A stretch of DNA of 64,000 bases, taken from Lama guanicoe. Taxonomy: Eukaryota. The DNA lies in NCBI GenBank assembly GCA_013239625.1, contig MU053561.1:5129214-5193213 (forward strand), written 5' to 3'. Position numbers and translations under genes: made by a program. This document shows, piece by piece, positions 28,601 through 42,689 of this stretch. Numbering within the stretch: the first letter of the stretch is position 1; each line of letters starts with the position of its first letter. Under the pieces are notes generated by a model. That model saw nothing but the letters and a program-made list of their open reading frames with translations, was not told the DNA's origin and did no database searches.

Positions 28601-31051
28601 AGAAGGAAATACGGAATCAAAATTGCCTAGAAAAATCAACACTCTGACTTATGTAACACTCTGAAATTCAGCTAAAAAACAGACATTTCTAGACACAAAA
28701 CAAAGATACTATGTTCCATAAAATTTGCTTTGCAAATGGGGAGACACTTTTCTTCCTAGGCTGAGACTTCTCAAACAAAAATATGGAACAGAATTAACAT
28801 CTGTGATAAACTTACTACGTATCAGATTCTGTTAAGCAAATTACACGTATTTTCAATTCACATAAAAATAGCTCCCAATAAACTAAAAGCTAAACTCCTG
28901 AAAATGTTGCACCTTTTGACTCCAGCAATATACTCATCTTTTCATTTCAAACTTGACTTTCTAAGGATTTAACCATATAAATAAAATGACAAATTTGCCA
29001 ACTGCATTAATCCTAAACTAGAATAGACAAAAGGCAACTGGTACTTACATACTGCTAAAAAGAGAATTGAGTTTTTCTAGAATCCAAGGCTTTCAAAAAC
29101 AGTCAAATTAACAGCCTCTCCACTCCTGCCATGGTCACAACTATTTAACAACATTTACTGGGTGCCTCACCCTATGGGCACTACAGGTAGATAATCTTAC
29201 TATAAAGAATTCAAATATTACAACTATGAATGAAACAGATTTGACAACCAAGGTAATCATCTGTCAATGTTTTGCCCTTAGTCTTTAGTAACTTTCCTCT
29301 TTCCCCCTGACACAACAAAAACAAATTTCTACTGCTTCTGCTTGGTGACATCTTTGCCCTTTTGATCAATTAAACAACTGGTGACCTAAATAACCTAAAA
29401 TCAGTACTGTATATTGATTTCTTCCTCTAGCACTTGTCCTTGACTGACATGTACACAGATGTACATATTTTCCATCACAGTGATATATAAAGCGTACGCA
29501 TATCATTAAAGTGGGTAAATAAGAACACACATTGTGTAAAAATGAAGGAAGCTAAGGTTGGGTAACGCTTTCACCGGAACACCAAATCTCTTCTCATTCC
29601 ACCCTTACCGCACAATCCCGGACTATTTACTTCAATAGCCTAACTTGTCTCCCTCACCTGGTACCCTCAAGCTCCTTTTTAAGCTCCCTTCTCCCAATTC
29701 ATTCTTCACCTTAACAACTGAAGCTTTTAAAAATGTATAACTATTCCCCCATTTACAACCTTAGGATAAAGTCCAAAGTCTCTAACTTGCATTGTCTGAC
29801 TTTGTAAGATCTCGACTCTGATTGTTTTTTCAGTCTTTCTCCCCCAGGCACTCTCTCTTTCAGTGGTACTAAATGTCTCTGAGTCTAGAGTAGTCCTTGA
29901 TTTCTCCACTTCAGTTCCTTCACATAGAATGTTCTCTCTCAGAACCTCATTTTACCGTCTAAGCCTTCGCTTCTTCTAACCACTACTTATCCTTTTGGCC
30001 TCTGCCTACAGCTTACTTTTTCAGTGCAGCACACAGGCCGTTGGTCTGGATCAAAATCAACTCCCTCCATCCCAGGCACGCAGTTAGACTACATTTAGCC
30101 ATCTCTCTCCAACAGAAAGTGATGTACCAGCCTTCGGTGTTCCTTTCCCTTTCCACCAGCAGGAACCCATAGAGACCCAGTTTCCACCATGAGACAACAC
30201 CCAAGGGATGGCAGAGCAGCCAGATGGAAAGAACATGGAAGCCTGAATGATCACATAGAGCTGCCCACCAGCAGCACTCACTTCGACCTGGAACATTTAG
30301 TTCAGGCTGTTACATGAGAGAAAAACGATTTTCCTTCAGCTAGATTACTGTTTAGTCAGCCCTACGCTGACAAACACACCTAGGGAAGCTTTCTCCAGAC
30401 CAGCTCGTACTAGGCTAAGGTTCCTGATAAAGGCTCCCACAGCATCCTCTACTACTTCCTAGCACTTACCACACTTGTGCTTACTGATTTCATTTATTCA
30501 TTTAACTTACACCGAGCACCCAGTATGTCTGCCTGGCACTGTTCTAGAGCCCAGTGATAGCAATGGTGTTCCAGATGGACAAGATCCTTTATCTTCTGGA
30601 GTTTACTTTCCACTGGGGAGATAAACACGTCCCCTCACCCAAGAAAACAGCAGCTAGTGATAAAGGTTATAATGAAAACAAACACAGTGATATGATAGAG
30701 CTGGTGGGAGGATGAGAGATACTCTAGATTTGGTGGTCAGGGAAGGCACTGTAGGATGGTGGCACTTAAAGCTGAGAACTACTTGACAAGAAGTGGCCAT
30801 TTCAGCAAAAGAAAGAGTGCCAAGATACATTCTTGGCCTATTTGAAGAAGAGACCAGTACGGATGGAATCAAACAAGGGAAAATATAGTAGAAGCAGGGC
30901 CCAAAGAGGCAGACAAGGGCCAGATCATACTGACTTGCGGGCCACTCTGAATTTTATTCTAAGTATGACTATTTGTAATTATTTATTTACAAGTTGACTT
31001 CAAAACTGCCAGTTCTCTGAGGGTAATTCTCGATGGCAGAGTAGGTATTTT

Positions 31052-31054
<3 letters not shown>

Positions 31055-31083
<29 letters not shown>
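31055..31083. repeat. (GT)n microsatellite
   Basis: Read directly. Confidence 0.95.
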
Positions 31084-31085
<2 letters not shown>

Positions 31086-34000
31086 TACCAGCATTCATCA
31101 CAACGGCTGGCATACAGCATGTGTCAAACGTTTGCTAAAATGAATGACTGTAACAGGATCACATTACTTCTCCACACATACATGTAAAGGAACCTCAGAA
31201 GTCAGCCTGACTTAAATTAGAGAAATGCTCACATGTCAAGATAGAAATTAGAGTCTCTTGTCTACAAGAGACCACCTTTCTAAGTATAGTGATCCAGAAG
31301 GAAAAAATAAGCTTGAAACTCTAAGGACAGCACTTGAATCAAAGTCCCCCACCCCCTTTCCTGTAGCACTTCCTTCATATGGAACCAAGTGAAACAAGCC
31401 AGTTCCCCAACTAGTATGCAAAAACAGGGTGTGGAAAATGTAGCCTTAGTTGACAAAGGAGTAACTCTATAATTCTATGTAATTTCCAGCCATTTTAACC
31501 AATTTTGTAATACTTTGGTACACTGGCTGAGGGGTGCTTTCCCTAGGCAGGATGTTTTTTCCCTAAATTTCAACAGTTCTCTTAGATTTATTTGGAATGA
31601 CTAATCTACAGCAACAGAACAAAAGAAAAACAGGCGCTTCCGTGTCTGGTAAAATGGTACTTTCTTAGCATGTGCACAGGACAGTCTACAAGGTGTACAT
31701 AGTTTAGAATAAAGAAAATTATACCTTGAGGAGTTTCCAGCATAAGAAAAATGACAAATTAACAAAGCATAGGTCAATATGAAACAAAAACCCTGAGAGG
31801 ACCTGTTCAGATCAGCCAGAAAAGGCCTAAGGAAAACAAGACTTAAGTAAGGTAACAACAGTTTGGCAGAGGGAAGGTAGAAGCAGCACTTACAGATGAA
31901 TGAGATAACTTCTGCCAGTATATCAGGGGATGTGGAAAACTGAAACATGTTTAGAGTAAGATGTATTTGATTGGTGCAGAAGATATATTGGCAAAAAAGT
32001 ACAGGGATTCTTACAGCTAAAATGCATCTTAAGAGATTCTAAAACCCCCTAATTCCAAGATGAAAAACAGTAGACACAAGAAAGTCAAATAAGTTTCACA
32101 CAGAGCTAGTGAGTAGTACTGTTGGCAAATGATTCAGGGTTTCTGATTCTTTTTCATTAAGCACAGTGGGAAAGCACTGTACCAGGTGCCCTTAAAGAAT
32201 CCAAAAGAAATACACCTAAGTTTTCCTATCTTCAAAGAACTCAGAATGTTGCTGAGGTGATATGACACACAAAAAAGAAAAATACAAAAACAGGATGTAA
32301 TTTTTTTTTAAGTGTCAAATTATGCTCTACCAAAATACATAGGCATTTAGGAAGCTGGGAGATTAAGAACAAAAAACAAAAACAAAAAAGGAACCGAAAA
32401 GCAAATCAGTGATTGTTGAAGTGGTATGATAGAAAAATTATTTTGATGACTTGTGTTCAGAATCGCATGAAATGTAAAGAAAGAAACTGGGGAGGAATTA
32501 ATAATTGCAACTTTGAAAAAAAGGATTGCTTTATATAGTCATGAAAATGAAAATAAAAGGGCAGATAAGGAAGTTCATGTTTGCAAAATTACTTCAAATT
32601 ACAAAAGGACCAGTTACAATATGTAACTAACAACAAGTTGCACAAGTTCCAAGTGTAAGAAGTTTATAGGACAGGTTTGGCTCACTGATTTCTATTAACC
32701 CAACCACTGACTAAACTGTGCTTATGAAAACAAAACCACAGAATGAAAGAATTCTGTTTTCCAGAGAATTGTGAACCTTGAGATTATCTTCTTTTCTTTT
32801 AGGAGAGAGTCCCAGTTTGGTTTTAAATCTCAAGTTACCAATCTACTTGCTTTGCAACCCATAAAACTACAATGTCCAAAGACAGGATGAACTATTCATG
32901 AAGCTACCACCAGCAAAAGTAGTACTTACTAACCAGAGGCAGTATATTTACAAGATCTTATTCACCATTTTACTCGTCTGCTGCTCTTTACTGGCTTGGC
33001 TACCTCCAGTTCCAACCACAAGTACTTTACCAAAATATCCTTCAAGCCAGGAACAGTATTTTAAAGTCAATGATAACCTTCATCATACCATCATAGCAGT
33101 CTTTTTCCAACACTGAACCCTGAGATGATTACATGTATATACAAAATCACCAGCTGAATTAACAACTATTAGATAAAATGACTTGTTAGATTTTTAAACG
33201 TTTTACAGAAAGCCTTAGACCTACAAACGAAAAGAGCTAGTAATGATATGCATTCTCTATAATCTTAAAAAAAAAAAAAACACTACAGACCAGGAATCAA
33301 AAATAGCTTTACACAAACAAGAGTAAAATTGTAGGTTTTGTTGAGGGCATCAGCCACTTAATTTAACCCCTCTTCATCAGAAGCAGTCAGCCATGCTGCT
33401 GTTTTCATCAGTTACTAGGAAACAAATAAGATAAAGGACAGATTGAGCACAAGAGTCTATGGTCGAAACTAATATTTTGATGCAATTATTGAAAATTCCT
33501 AAAGTGTCACTAAGAAAAAGCATCCAGGGCTGCCTCAAAATGAGTATCTACAACTGAGTCAGTGGTTTAAGTGGAGGAAAGACACACTGGAACTTGGGGT
33601 TGTTTTTTTCCCCTTCTCTAGCCCCTCCTCCTGCCCCCACCTAAACAGGAAAGAAAGCGCGCCCAGCATAAACACAGGCCAAAGCTCACGGTTTGTCACC
33701 ACAACAAACTGGAGGTTACACTAGCGCTCCTGGAAACCGAGCCCCAGGTCTTGGTTGCTAGGCACAAAAAGAGCCTCTTTCCCACAAACCTGTGAACTGA
33801 GGGGGCGGGGAGGGCTTACCCAAGAGTTTTGGTTGTTTACTCATCCCCTTTTTTTTTTTTTTCAAACGAAAGCTTTGGAAAAGTGGCGACAGACAGCAAA
33901 AGTTTCCCTTTGAGCCAGACCTCTAGATCTGCCTTGCACAGATGTACACTAGGTGGGCCGGTCCCACGTAGTCTCCAACCATCATTACAATTTACAAACC

Positions 34001-34494
34001 TAACGATTAAAGAACAGGAGCGAAGAGGATGAGAAGGCTTCCACACCCACCCCACCGCCGCCGTCCTCTCCAGACACCGCTTCCTGGTCCCCAACAGCAC
34101 AAATAACCGAAAACCATGGCGCTAAGAGGGGCTGTGAAATCTACACGCACCAGCCACACTGGGAACCGGCCACAACAGCCGGGAAAAAACTGGCGGGGCG
34201 AGGAGACGCCAGGCGGCCCCCTGTCATCTAAGGACAACAACACGCCCAGGAAAGAAGTGGCAGGAGACTGGGGGAGTTGCCCCGAAAACAAACCCCGAGC
34301 CTCCCCACTTTCCTGGGAACGCCATCCTCTCCGCAGCCGGGAGCGGCCGGGTCCCGGCTGGGGGCCGCTGAAGGAGGCGCCCCCCGCAGGCCGGGCGACC
34401 CAGAGAGCCCGCAGCCTGCCCAGCCCCGCCTCGGGGAGTCTATGAGAGGTCGCTCCCCGCCGCGGCCCCTGCCCGCCCGCCCGCCGCAACTCAC

Positions 34495-34900
34495 CGCCGG
34501 TGTGTCTGGTTCTCAGCCGCGAGCTGGGGCTGCCGTGAGGAGGCGGCGGAGGAGACGAGATCCGGGGCCCCGCCGCCGGGTCATCATACCCCCCGCGCGA
34601 GCCGGCCCGGGCCCCGGCCCCCGCCCCCCCGGAGCCGTCCCCGCGCCCGTCCCGCGGGGGGAGCCCCCTCAGCCTCCCGCCCGCTCCGCCGCCCGGCCTC
34701 TCGCCGCCGCCGCCGCCGCCTCAGCCCCGCGCGCTCCCGCCTCGGCCTCCCGCTGCCGTCCGGGGCCACCACCCGGCCCCTTGCTCCGCAGCCGCCGTTG
34801 TCGCCAGACCCGACGAGCTGAGCGCCGAGCAGCCGCCCCTATCCGGCCGGCCCCGCCTCGCGGGAACTAGTCCCCCGCCCCGCGCCATGACACCTACTGA
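34495..34900 (-). other. HIPK1: HIPK1 non-coding first exon (5' boundary approximate)
   Basis: Strong donor CCGGCG|gtgagt at 34495 inside a CpG island upstream of exon 2; TSS inferred only. Confidence 0.75.
34703..34720. repeat. (GCC)6 trinucleotide repeat in the HIPK1 leader region
   Basis: gccgccgccgccgccgcc read directly. Confidence 0.9.
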
Positions 34901-36620
34901 GGCGGAAGTGCCGGAGCGCCGGTGGGTTAGGACGACCGCATAGTACTGATGGGACTGGGAGTGGGTGGGCCTCCGTGGGGAGCCAGCGTGGATCGAGGGC
35001 GGGGGTCGGATTCCCCGCCCCCTCCGCACGGTCGACTCCGCGGTGATTTAAAGGTGCTTGGTGGCAGTGTAGGGTCCAGTTTTAAAATGTCATCCCCGCC
35101 AGTGTGACATCACCAGCGGCTAGTGTGACACCCCCAGAGATTGGGCAGCGCGCGGGGAGGCACTGCCTACCCGGGAAGCCCCCTGCTGGTGAAAAATCAC
35201 CTAGGTTTAGGCTTTAATGTTTCGTTGCCTTCCGGAGACGTTCTAGAACTGAGTGACAGACGTGTTTGGGACCCTTAAGCCTCCAAGCACATTAGAAGAC
35301 CCCTTAGGGTACTCTCCCACTGCCGCCTTGGGACCCTGGGTTTGCATTAGGAGGTGAGAAAGAGTAGCAGTGCTCTGAACCCAACCCCTCAAAACCAGCA
35401 GTGAGCTTATACTACCATAATTTTCTTGCGTCTACCAAGAGATAGTAAAGCCAGGTATTCAGGAAATGGAATGCGCTGGGCACACAACATTCTGAAAAAC
35501 AGTAAGACACTGCTTGAAAACTAGGTTATCCTAATAAGAAAGACAGTTGCAATCTCCCAGGGCCAGGAGATTCTGGAAGACTTCAGACATGCCACTCACT
35601 GAGTAAAAGGCTCTGATTCCTCAAGTGGGAAAGTTTTATAAGCAGTATATTAATTTTTTTCCCATCCTGCAGGTGCTGGAAGCAGCAAGGATCTGAACCC
35701 TAGAAAGTGGCTGTGCAGCACCATGGATATCTGCACATGCTTTTTAAGGAGAGGGAACATGTGTTTAAGACAAGATTCTGCTATCAAGTTATATTTCTCA
35801 GATCTCATTCATGTATCTATGACCTCTTGGGATCAAAGAGATCATTTTTGTGAAGATACGCTAAAATGGTCATACCACTTTTGGGTTTCTCCCTTTGTTT
35901 AGCACTGGGAATGATTCTATTTCATTGGGAACAGGGAAGTTTATTTCCCTAGAGGACCTGGGTTAGCAAAAGTGTTCAATCCCACAGGGCTGTTTTGTTT
36001 GCTTATTTTCACAGGAACTTAGAGAACATAAAGTCCTACACTGGGCTGACCTGGGAAACATCACAACATGGAGAGCAGGTGAGCATGCATGCCTGTGGAG
36101 CAAGGGAAAAGCCAGAATTAGTACTCTGGGGTGGAACATACCCTGCTGGAAAAGCAGGCTTCAAAGATGCTAATTGCTTACCATACCTTGGTTCTACCCA
36201 ACTCTTGTGACAGGCTTCTAAGCTCCTAATCTCCCAAGTTCTGTTCCTTTCTTCTTTTCAAACACATCTCAAAATTCCACTTTAGGGAGCCTTTCCTGAT
36301 TGACCCCCACTTTATTCTAGATGCTCAGTTCTGCATCATCACTTGACTACTTAATTTACTTCTTGTACCTTATTTATAATTATTGATCTCTGTCTTCGTT
36401 GTTCTTAGGTCATTTCCTCAGAGTGTCTCACTACATAGAGACCTTCTTAAAATCTAGTATTTTCGCCTCTCTTAACATTATTCATTCATCCATCCAACCA
36501 ATTGTGTGCCTTCTTGATGCCAAGCACTCTGCTAGACACTGGATCAGAAGCAAAATGAATAAAACATGGTCTTTTCCCTCAGAGAGCTTACAGTCTAGTG
36601 AGAAAAAAAAATGCATGGAG

Positions 36621-36836
36621 GGACTGGGGATTAACAAACACATACTACTGTCTATAAAGTAGATAAACAACAAGGACCTACTGTATGGCACAGGGAACTA
36701 TATTCAATTTCTTGTAATAACATATAATGGAAAAGAATCTGAAAACAAAAAATATGTATATATATAACTGAATGACTTTGCTGTACACCTGAAACTAGCA
36801 TTGTAAATCAACTATACTTAAGTAAAATTTTTTTTT
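36621..36836 (+). mobile_element. Short 5'-truncated LINE-1 3' end with TSD, inserted into an L2
   Basis: aacaacaaggacctactgtatggcacagggaacta...gctgtacacctgaaact; TSD aaaaatgcatggag at 36607-36620 and 36837-36850. Confidence 0.8.
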
Positions 36837-37244
36837 AAAAATGCATGGAGACATATGTAAGATTTGAATGACAGAATTAGGGAAGATCTTCAGAGAAGGT
36901 GATATTTAAACACGATATGGTCAAAGATGTTTCAAAGTTTAATGTAACTGGAGTTCCTTTGTGTGTTCAACACATATCTATTAAGTATCCTGTATGCCAG
37001 GCACTATGTTAGAAATTAAAGATACAAAGGAGAAAAGGCATGGTCTGTGCCCTGATGTGGCTTACGAATCAGCCAAGAAGTGGCAGGATTTGGAATTAGT
37101 AAGGTAGGTTGAGTCAGATTTTCAAAGACAATGAAGAGCTATTAGAGGTTTTATCAGACAGGTAATATGAGGGAATCTTCTCTCTAAAGAGAGAACTGGT
37201 GGCTGGCTGGAGGGGCAGAAGACAAGAGAAAGAGGGCTTAATTA

Positions 37245-37490
37245 GAAAGGGGATGGGAAGGGATAAATTGGGACTTCGAGATTTGCGGATACTAACTGCT
37301 ATATATAAAATAAACAAAAAGTTTCTACTGTATAGCACAGGGAACTACATTCAGTATCTTGTAGTACCCTATAATGAAAAAGAATATGAAAAGGAATATA
37401 TGTATGTATATGTATGACTTAAACATTATGCTGTATACCAGAAATTGATGCAACATTGCAAACTATCTTCGTTAAAGAAAAAAAAGAAAG
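37245..37490 (+). mobile_element. LINE-1 3' end (cetartiodactyl-type)
   Basis: gggataaattggga...ctgtatagcacagggaacta...gctgtataccagaaattga with an A tail. Confidence 0.75.
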
Positions 37491-37974
37491 AAGGAAAACT
37501 ATGATGAGGGTTTGATCAAGCAGGGAACATGGAGAGAAGGGGGCAGATACATAAACTGTTTCCTCCCAGACAAAGTCAGGACAGCTAGAGAAGGAGTTGG
37601 AGCTGTTGTCACTTGGAAGCACTGAAATTTCGTCTAGGGCGTCTCATCCCTTTAGGGTCTGGAGCCTAAAGTCAGGTGTCATAGGCAGGAAGTCACTTGC
37701 CAGGGAGCTGCAGTGCTCAAGGCCACATAGGAGAAGCTGACCAAAAGGCTGTGTCTTGAGATAAACCGAGTCAAAGAGCTAGGCAAACTATCCAAACAAG
37801 TAGTGAATCCAAGGGACCAAGAAGAAAAAGAGAATTCAAGTAGAAGCCAACAGTTGTAAAACTGGGAAAACCAGGTGAGAGTGAATATCTGAAGTAAAGG
37901 ATAGGAGGCCCAGTCTGGGAAAATCCTTTGAACCAACAGGAGTGAATCCTCACTGATTTTTTTTTAATCTAGAC

Positions 37975-38585
37975 TCCAAAAAAACTTTTTATTTGGAAAT
38001 AATTTCAAATGTATACAAAAATGGCAAAAATAATTAAAGGAGCACCCGTATACCCTTTACTCAGATTCACTTATTAACATTTCACCCCTGTTGCTTTAAC
38101 ATTTGCATTCTAAGCCCAATAGATAGATCGATTACACACACATTTTTTTTCTGACCATTTGAAAGTAAATTGCATACATCATGCCTCTTTATCCGTTTCT
38201 ACTTGAATATCCTCAGAATAAGTACATTCTCTTACGTACACAATACATTCAATTACCAATTCCAAGAAACATAACATTAATAAAATACTTTTATCTACCA
38301 TCCAGAGTCCAAATTTGTCAATAAATCCAATAATGTCTTTCTCACCATCTTTTCCCCTTCTGGTATAAGATCCAGTTTAGAATTGTATATTGTTATGTCT
38401 CTTTAGTCTCCATCAATCTGCAACAGTTTCTTAGCCTTTCTTTGCCTTTGATATTTTTGAAGAATCCAAACTTTTTTTTTAAATAATAGAGCGCTCCTCA
38501 TTTTAGGCTTGTCATTTATCCTTAGCTCATGTTCATTCACAATTAGATTCAGGTTATCCATTTCTGGCCAGAATACTACATAATG
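37975..38585 (-). mobile_element. Ancient L1 (L1MC/L1ME-like) 3' fragment
   Basis: tttatttggaaataatttcaaa...tataccctttactcagattcac pattern typical of antisense L1M 3' ends. Confidence 0.55.
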
Positions 38586-38879
38586 GGCTATAATAATTCC
38601 TTAGCACAAGTGTTAAGTCACTGAGATATGAAGGCTATTTGCTACAGCAATTGGCTAACCCTAACTATTGATTGAATAGGCAATGAACAATGTCTGCTGC
38701 ATTCTCCTACTCAAGCTTTCTTTGCTAAAGACACCTTGAAGGGGTCTTGAAAAGAAAAATCTTGGGATATCTCAGTCTTGCAACCCTGGAGGAAGGGGTA
38801 AATAAGCCAACTGTCCATTCAGGGTTGGCAGTTATACCCAAGGCCACAAGTATCCTGTAAGAAATCATAAGTTTTATTG

Positions 38880-39830
38880 CTTGCTCACATCGTCAGTCTA
38901 TTTTAGGTGGCCAGAGCAAAGTGCCAGGGATGAGAGGGTTGCTCTGCTCCATGAAGTCATTCTGGGATTCAGGTGCCTTCTGTCTAGATTCTTGCAGCTT
39001 CACCATTCCTTGGAGCCTTGGATTTCTCCACTGGATATTTTGCATCTGTCCAGAAAAAAAAAAGGGAAGTAGTGGGAAGGGTATAGCTCAGTGGTAGAGT
39101 GCGTGCTTAGTAGGCACAAGGTCGTGGGTTCAGTCCCCAGTACCTCCATTAAAAAATAAATAAACTTTATTACCTTTCCCTGCCCCCTGAACAAGATTAA
39201 ACATTAAAAAAGGGGTGGGGGGATAAGGATAATTTGTCTAGGAAGTTTTTATAGACCAGAGCTGGAGGTAGCAAACACATACATCTCTTCTGCACATGTT
39301 ACATTGGTGGGAACTCGAGAGTGTGGATGCTGCTAACTGCAGAGAGGTTAGGAGATGATGCAATCTAGCTGTGTGCCCAAGAGGAAAAGAAATATGATTT
39401 AGTGAAAAATTAAGCCATCCTCTGCCATATTTAGCCATAAACCATTCCCTATATTACTTCTTCCCTATAAATAGAATCCCAGTTTTGTTCAGAGAGAAGG
39501 AAGATTCTTTGATTTCAAGGAAGGTAAATTTCTCCCCCCAAATCACAATTGATCTAAAGCAATCCTGGTAATTCCATTTCTCTTGGCCAATGATTAGTCT
39601 AGGAGTGGGTATAGGACTCAATTCTGGTTGATGAAATTTGACAGGAAGTCTGCTGGGAGGCTCCTGGAAAATTTTTTCTTTTTGTTAAAAAACAAAAAGC
39701 AAAACAGTACTTTGAGAGAAGAAACTCTTTTGCTCCTTCCTCTGTCTTTTTACTAAGACAAAGGAATGAAGATACAAGGCCGGGAGCTACCATATCCACC
39801 TGGAGCTACCATCCACTGATGCTCCAGTAG
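38880..39830. mobile_element. MaLR (MLT1-type) LTR remnants interrupted by a SINE
   Basis: ggccaatgattagtctaggagtggg...ggaagtctgctggg and ctagctgtgtgcccaagaggaaaag motifs. Confidence 0.5.
39072..39210 (+). mobile_element. tRNA-Ala-derived SINE (Vic-1-like)
   Basis: gggtatagctcagtggtagagtgcgtgcttag...gggttcagtccccagtacctcca plus tail. Confidence 0.85.
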
Positions 39831-42689
39831 GGCATCAGTGAGGGTATTTTGTTTTTTTGGTTTTGGGTTTTTTTTTAAATAACTACTTTGGGTACATTTT
39901 TCATGCAAAATGTGAACAGAAGAAAATATGCCATTATATTATCATACATAAGGGACATGTGCTCTTAAGTATGCCAAGTACACTTTGGGCAAGAAGAGGT
40001 TATTGGTCTGCATTAGGCTGCTAAAGCGCCCTGTGGTTAGAAAGTAAAATCAGGGCAGGGCAGAGCAGAGCCTGGTGTTCCAAGCTGAGAAGTGAAGCGC
40101 CCAGCTGATAATCCGCCCAGGACAGTCAGGTGAGTAATGCTCTCCATTTCACCGCAAAGGTCCCCTCTCTGTACTGTGAGAAGGCTGTGTCTGCTCACTG
40201 CCCCCACACTTCCCTCCCTCCCCAACACCTCCCCATTAGAGCCGGCTTGGTTGCTGGGCTGAATGACGTGATTGCAGGTAGGAATCTGACCTGCTTGCTC
40301 TCAAGTCTAAATCTTGCTAATCTTGTTTTCCTTTTGCACCAGAATAGGATATTTGGGGGACTGGATCCCCAAAAAATGATAGCTTTGGTGGGAATGAGAG
40401 TTTGGGTGAAGGCCATGCCTGTGGAAGCAAAGAGAAAGACTCAAATACAACTTAATAAAAGAATTGGAAGGTGAAACAAGAGAAAGTTTTTTTTTGCACA
40501 GCACTGTGAATGCCTAAATGCCACCTGAATTGTACACTTTAAAATGGTTAATTATGTTATGTGAATTTCACCTCAATTAAAAAAAAAAAGGAGGAGGAGG
40601 ATAGGAAGTTTGTAGGATTTAGAGATAACGGGTAGGAGACTTAACCCCTAATTTTCCTAGTTTTCAAGGGTCAACCCAGAGACTATTCTGGGGGAAGAGT
40701 AAATACCTTAACTGCTTACAAAGCCCATATTTACTCATCCTCAAGCCCTCCTCCCCCAGAATATTTCTGTTTCTTCCCTTATCTACAAGTAACCTTCTAA
40801 TCTCTCACTTTCTTCATATACTAACTATTCTGCAAAAGCAAGGGTTAATGCTTTCTTCTCCCTTTCCTTGAATCATCATCATTTCTCATTATCATGCTTC
40901 CACCATCCTGTAGCTTTTCACCTTTTACTACCACACAAGCGTTTAGCACCTGTATTCCATGTATCCCTCCCTATCATCCATTCTATGCAAAAGCCAATCC
41001 AAAACAAATTCTTTGGGAAGGCACAGAGATCCACAAGGGAGAGGGCAATGAATCAGGACAGGAACTCAGAATTGAATAACTGAATATTATTTGTGCTAAG
41101 TCATTTTGCACAAATCCTACAAACTCAGAAATCAAAAAGGCCCTAAGGAAGTATCCTTTGCCTAACACAATTGCTTATACGTGGTTGGCACAAATAACTA
41201 TGTGCTAAGTAAATTACGGAGGGTTTACTCAAAGCATCAGAATTCAGTTAACTATAGAATAGCGTTTAAGAAGCCTCGAAACAACAGTCTTCATCTTTGG
41301 CTGTGAATTTAACTGAATTTTTTATCATTACTTTTGGAAACTCGCTATTATAAAATCTGTAAACTGTCACTAAGTGGTTAGCAAGTGGTTCTCTCCACTG
41401 AGGGTGGGGTTGGAGTAGGTGCCCTATTAAAACCCTAGAGGGTAAATTTTCTGATGTGAAATAGAGCTACTGCCTGACCAACCTCCGTGCTCCCGGGATG
41501 TCCAGTAGAGGAGAGAAGTGTGGGCTTTGGAGCCTGAAGTCGGTTGGAATCTCGACTCTTCTCATTAGTAGGGCGTGACAGTGGGTGTGCTCATGAGCCC
41601 CACTTTCCTCATCCTTAAAATGGAGATGAAAGACTTTTTCTTTACCTCCCTCATTCTGTCTATAAGAAAAGTTCTTCAATGTTACTTCCAAAAAATATCC
41701 TGAATCCACTACTGTTCATCTCCACTGGTACTGTCCATGAAATCAGAAAGTCTATGAGAAGTGAAATACAGAAGATTTTATAATATGAGAAAATATAGAA
41801 TAATAAATAGAGATTTTTCAGTTCTATCTTGATTAAAAGTGCAGGCTTTAATTATATAGGTATTGACTAGGAGCCTCGCAGAACAACGATGCAGTCTCAT
41901 GAACCAAAAATTACCTTAGTCATTCAGATGCTCTTCTATAAGGATGTAAATGTCACAACTTGGTGAATTAAACTAAAAAGGCTCAATTCAGACTGAATTT
42001 GACTATGATCTGTTCTCTGTTACATCCTACCAGTCTCTCCTCAAAGATGCAGATATTCAAAAGGCAGGACTGTTATTTTCTATAAAAGTTTATGGTTAAA
42101 ACTTCATACTAATTTAAATAATTAAAACATAAGTATTCTCTAATAAATTAATTTTTTTTACTAAAGAGTCCTAGTCTCTTAGGTAATGTGGCCTCTAACC
42201 CCAAAGCCTGTGTTGACTCCACATGTGAAACATGTTTTTTTTTTCCTAGAGAAACAACCAGGACCTGCTCTATAGCACAGGAAACAATACTCAATTTCTC
42301 ATAATAAGAAAATTCATTAAGCTGTACATGTTAGATTTGTGCACGTTTCATGTCTGTGTTATGCTTCAATAAAAAGTTTAAAAATTAAAAAAGCCCTTTT
42401 TTTCCTCTTAAGCACATAGTTATAAAACATTTCTATTATAGGAAATAGTATTAATTCATAAAACATTCCCATAATTCTTGTATTGTAAAATAACCTCACT
42501 CGTTTTTTCTTCTTCTTTTCTTCATCCCCTCCACATATGTGTATCTATATGGTATCTTTGGGTGTATATATGGTCATCAATACACGTTTACTTTATGAAA
42601 GCTTTGGTGAAGGAAAAGGTATGTTTCCTGCAGCTGCTTGTGCTAAAGAGGTAACGCTAATGGATTCACATCCAAATGCAATGTAAAGC

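Larger units (their letters stand above)
33940..35200. promoter_or_regulatory. CpG island / HIPK1 promoter
   Basis: Very high GC and CpG density; several GC boxes (CCCCGCCC); ETS motif GCGGAAGTG at 34902-34910. Confidence 0.9.

Noticed and set aside
34007..35029. Long Pro/Arg/Ala/Gly-rich ORFs on both strands (e.g. 34277..34870, 197 aa)
   Set aside because: These are expected from stop-codon scarcity in a CpG island; there is no recognisable domain and several lack an ATG start.
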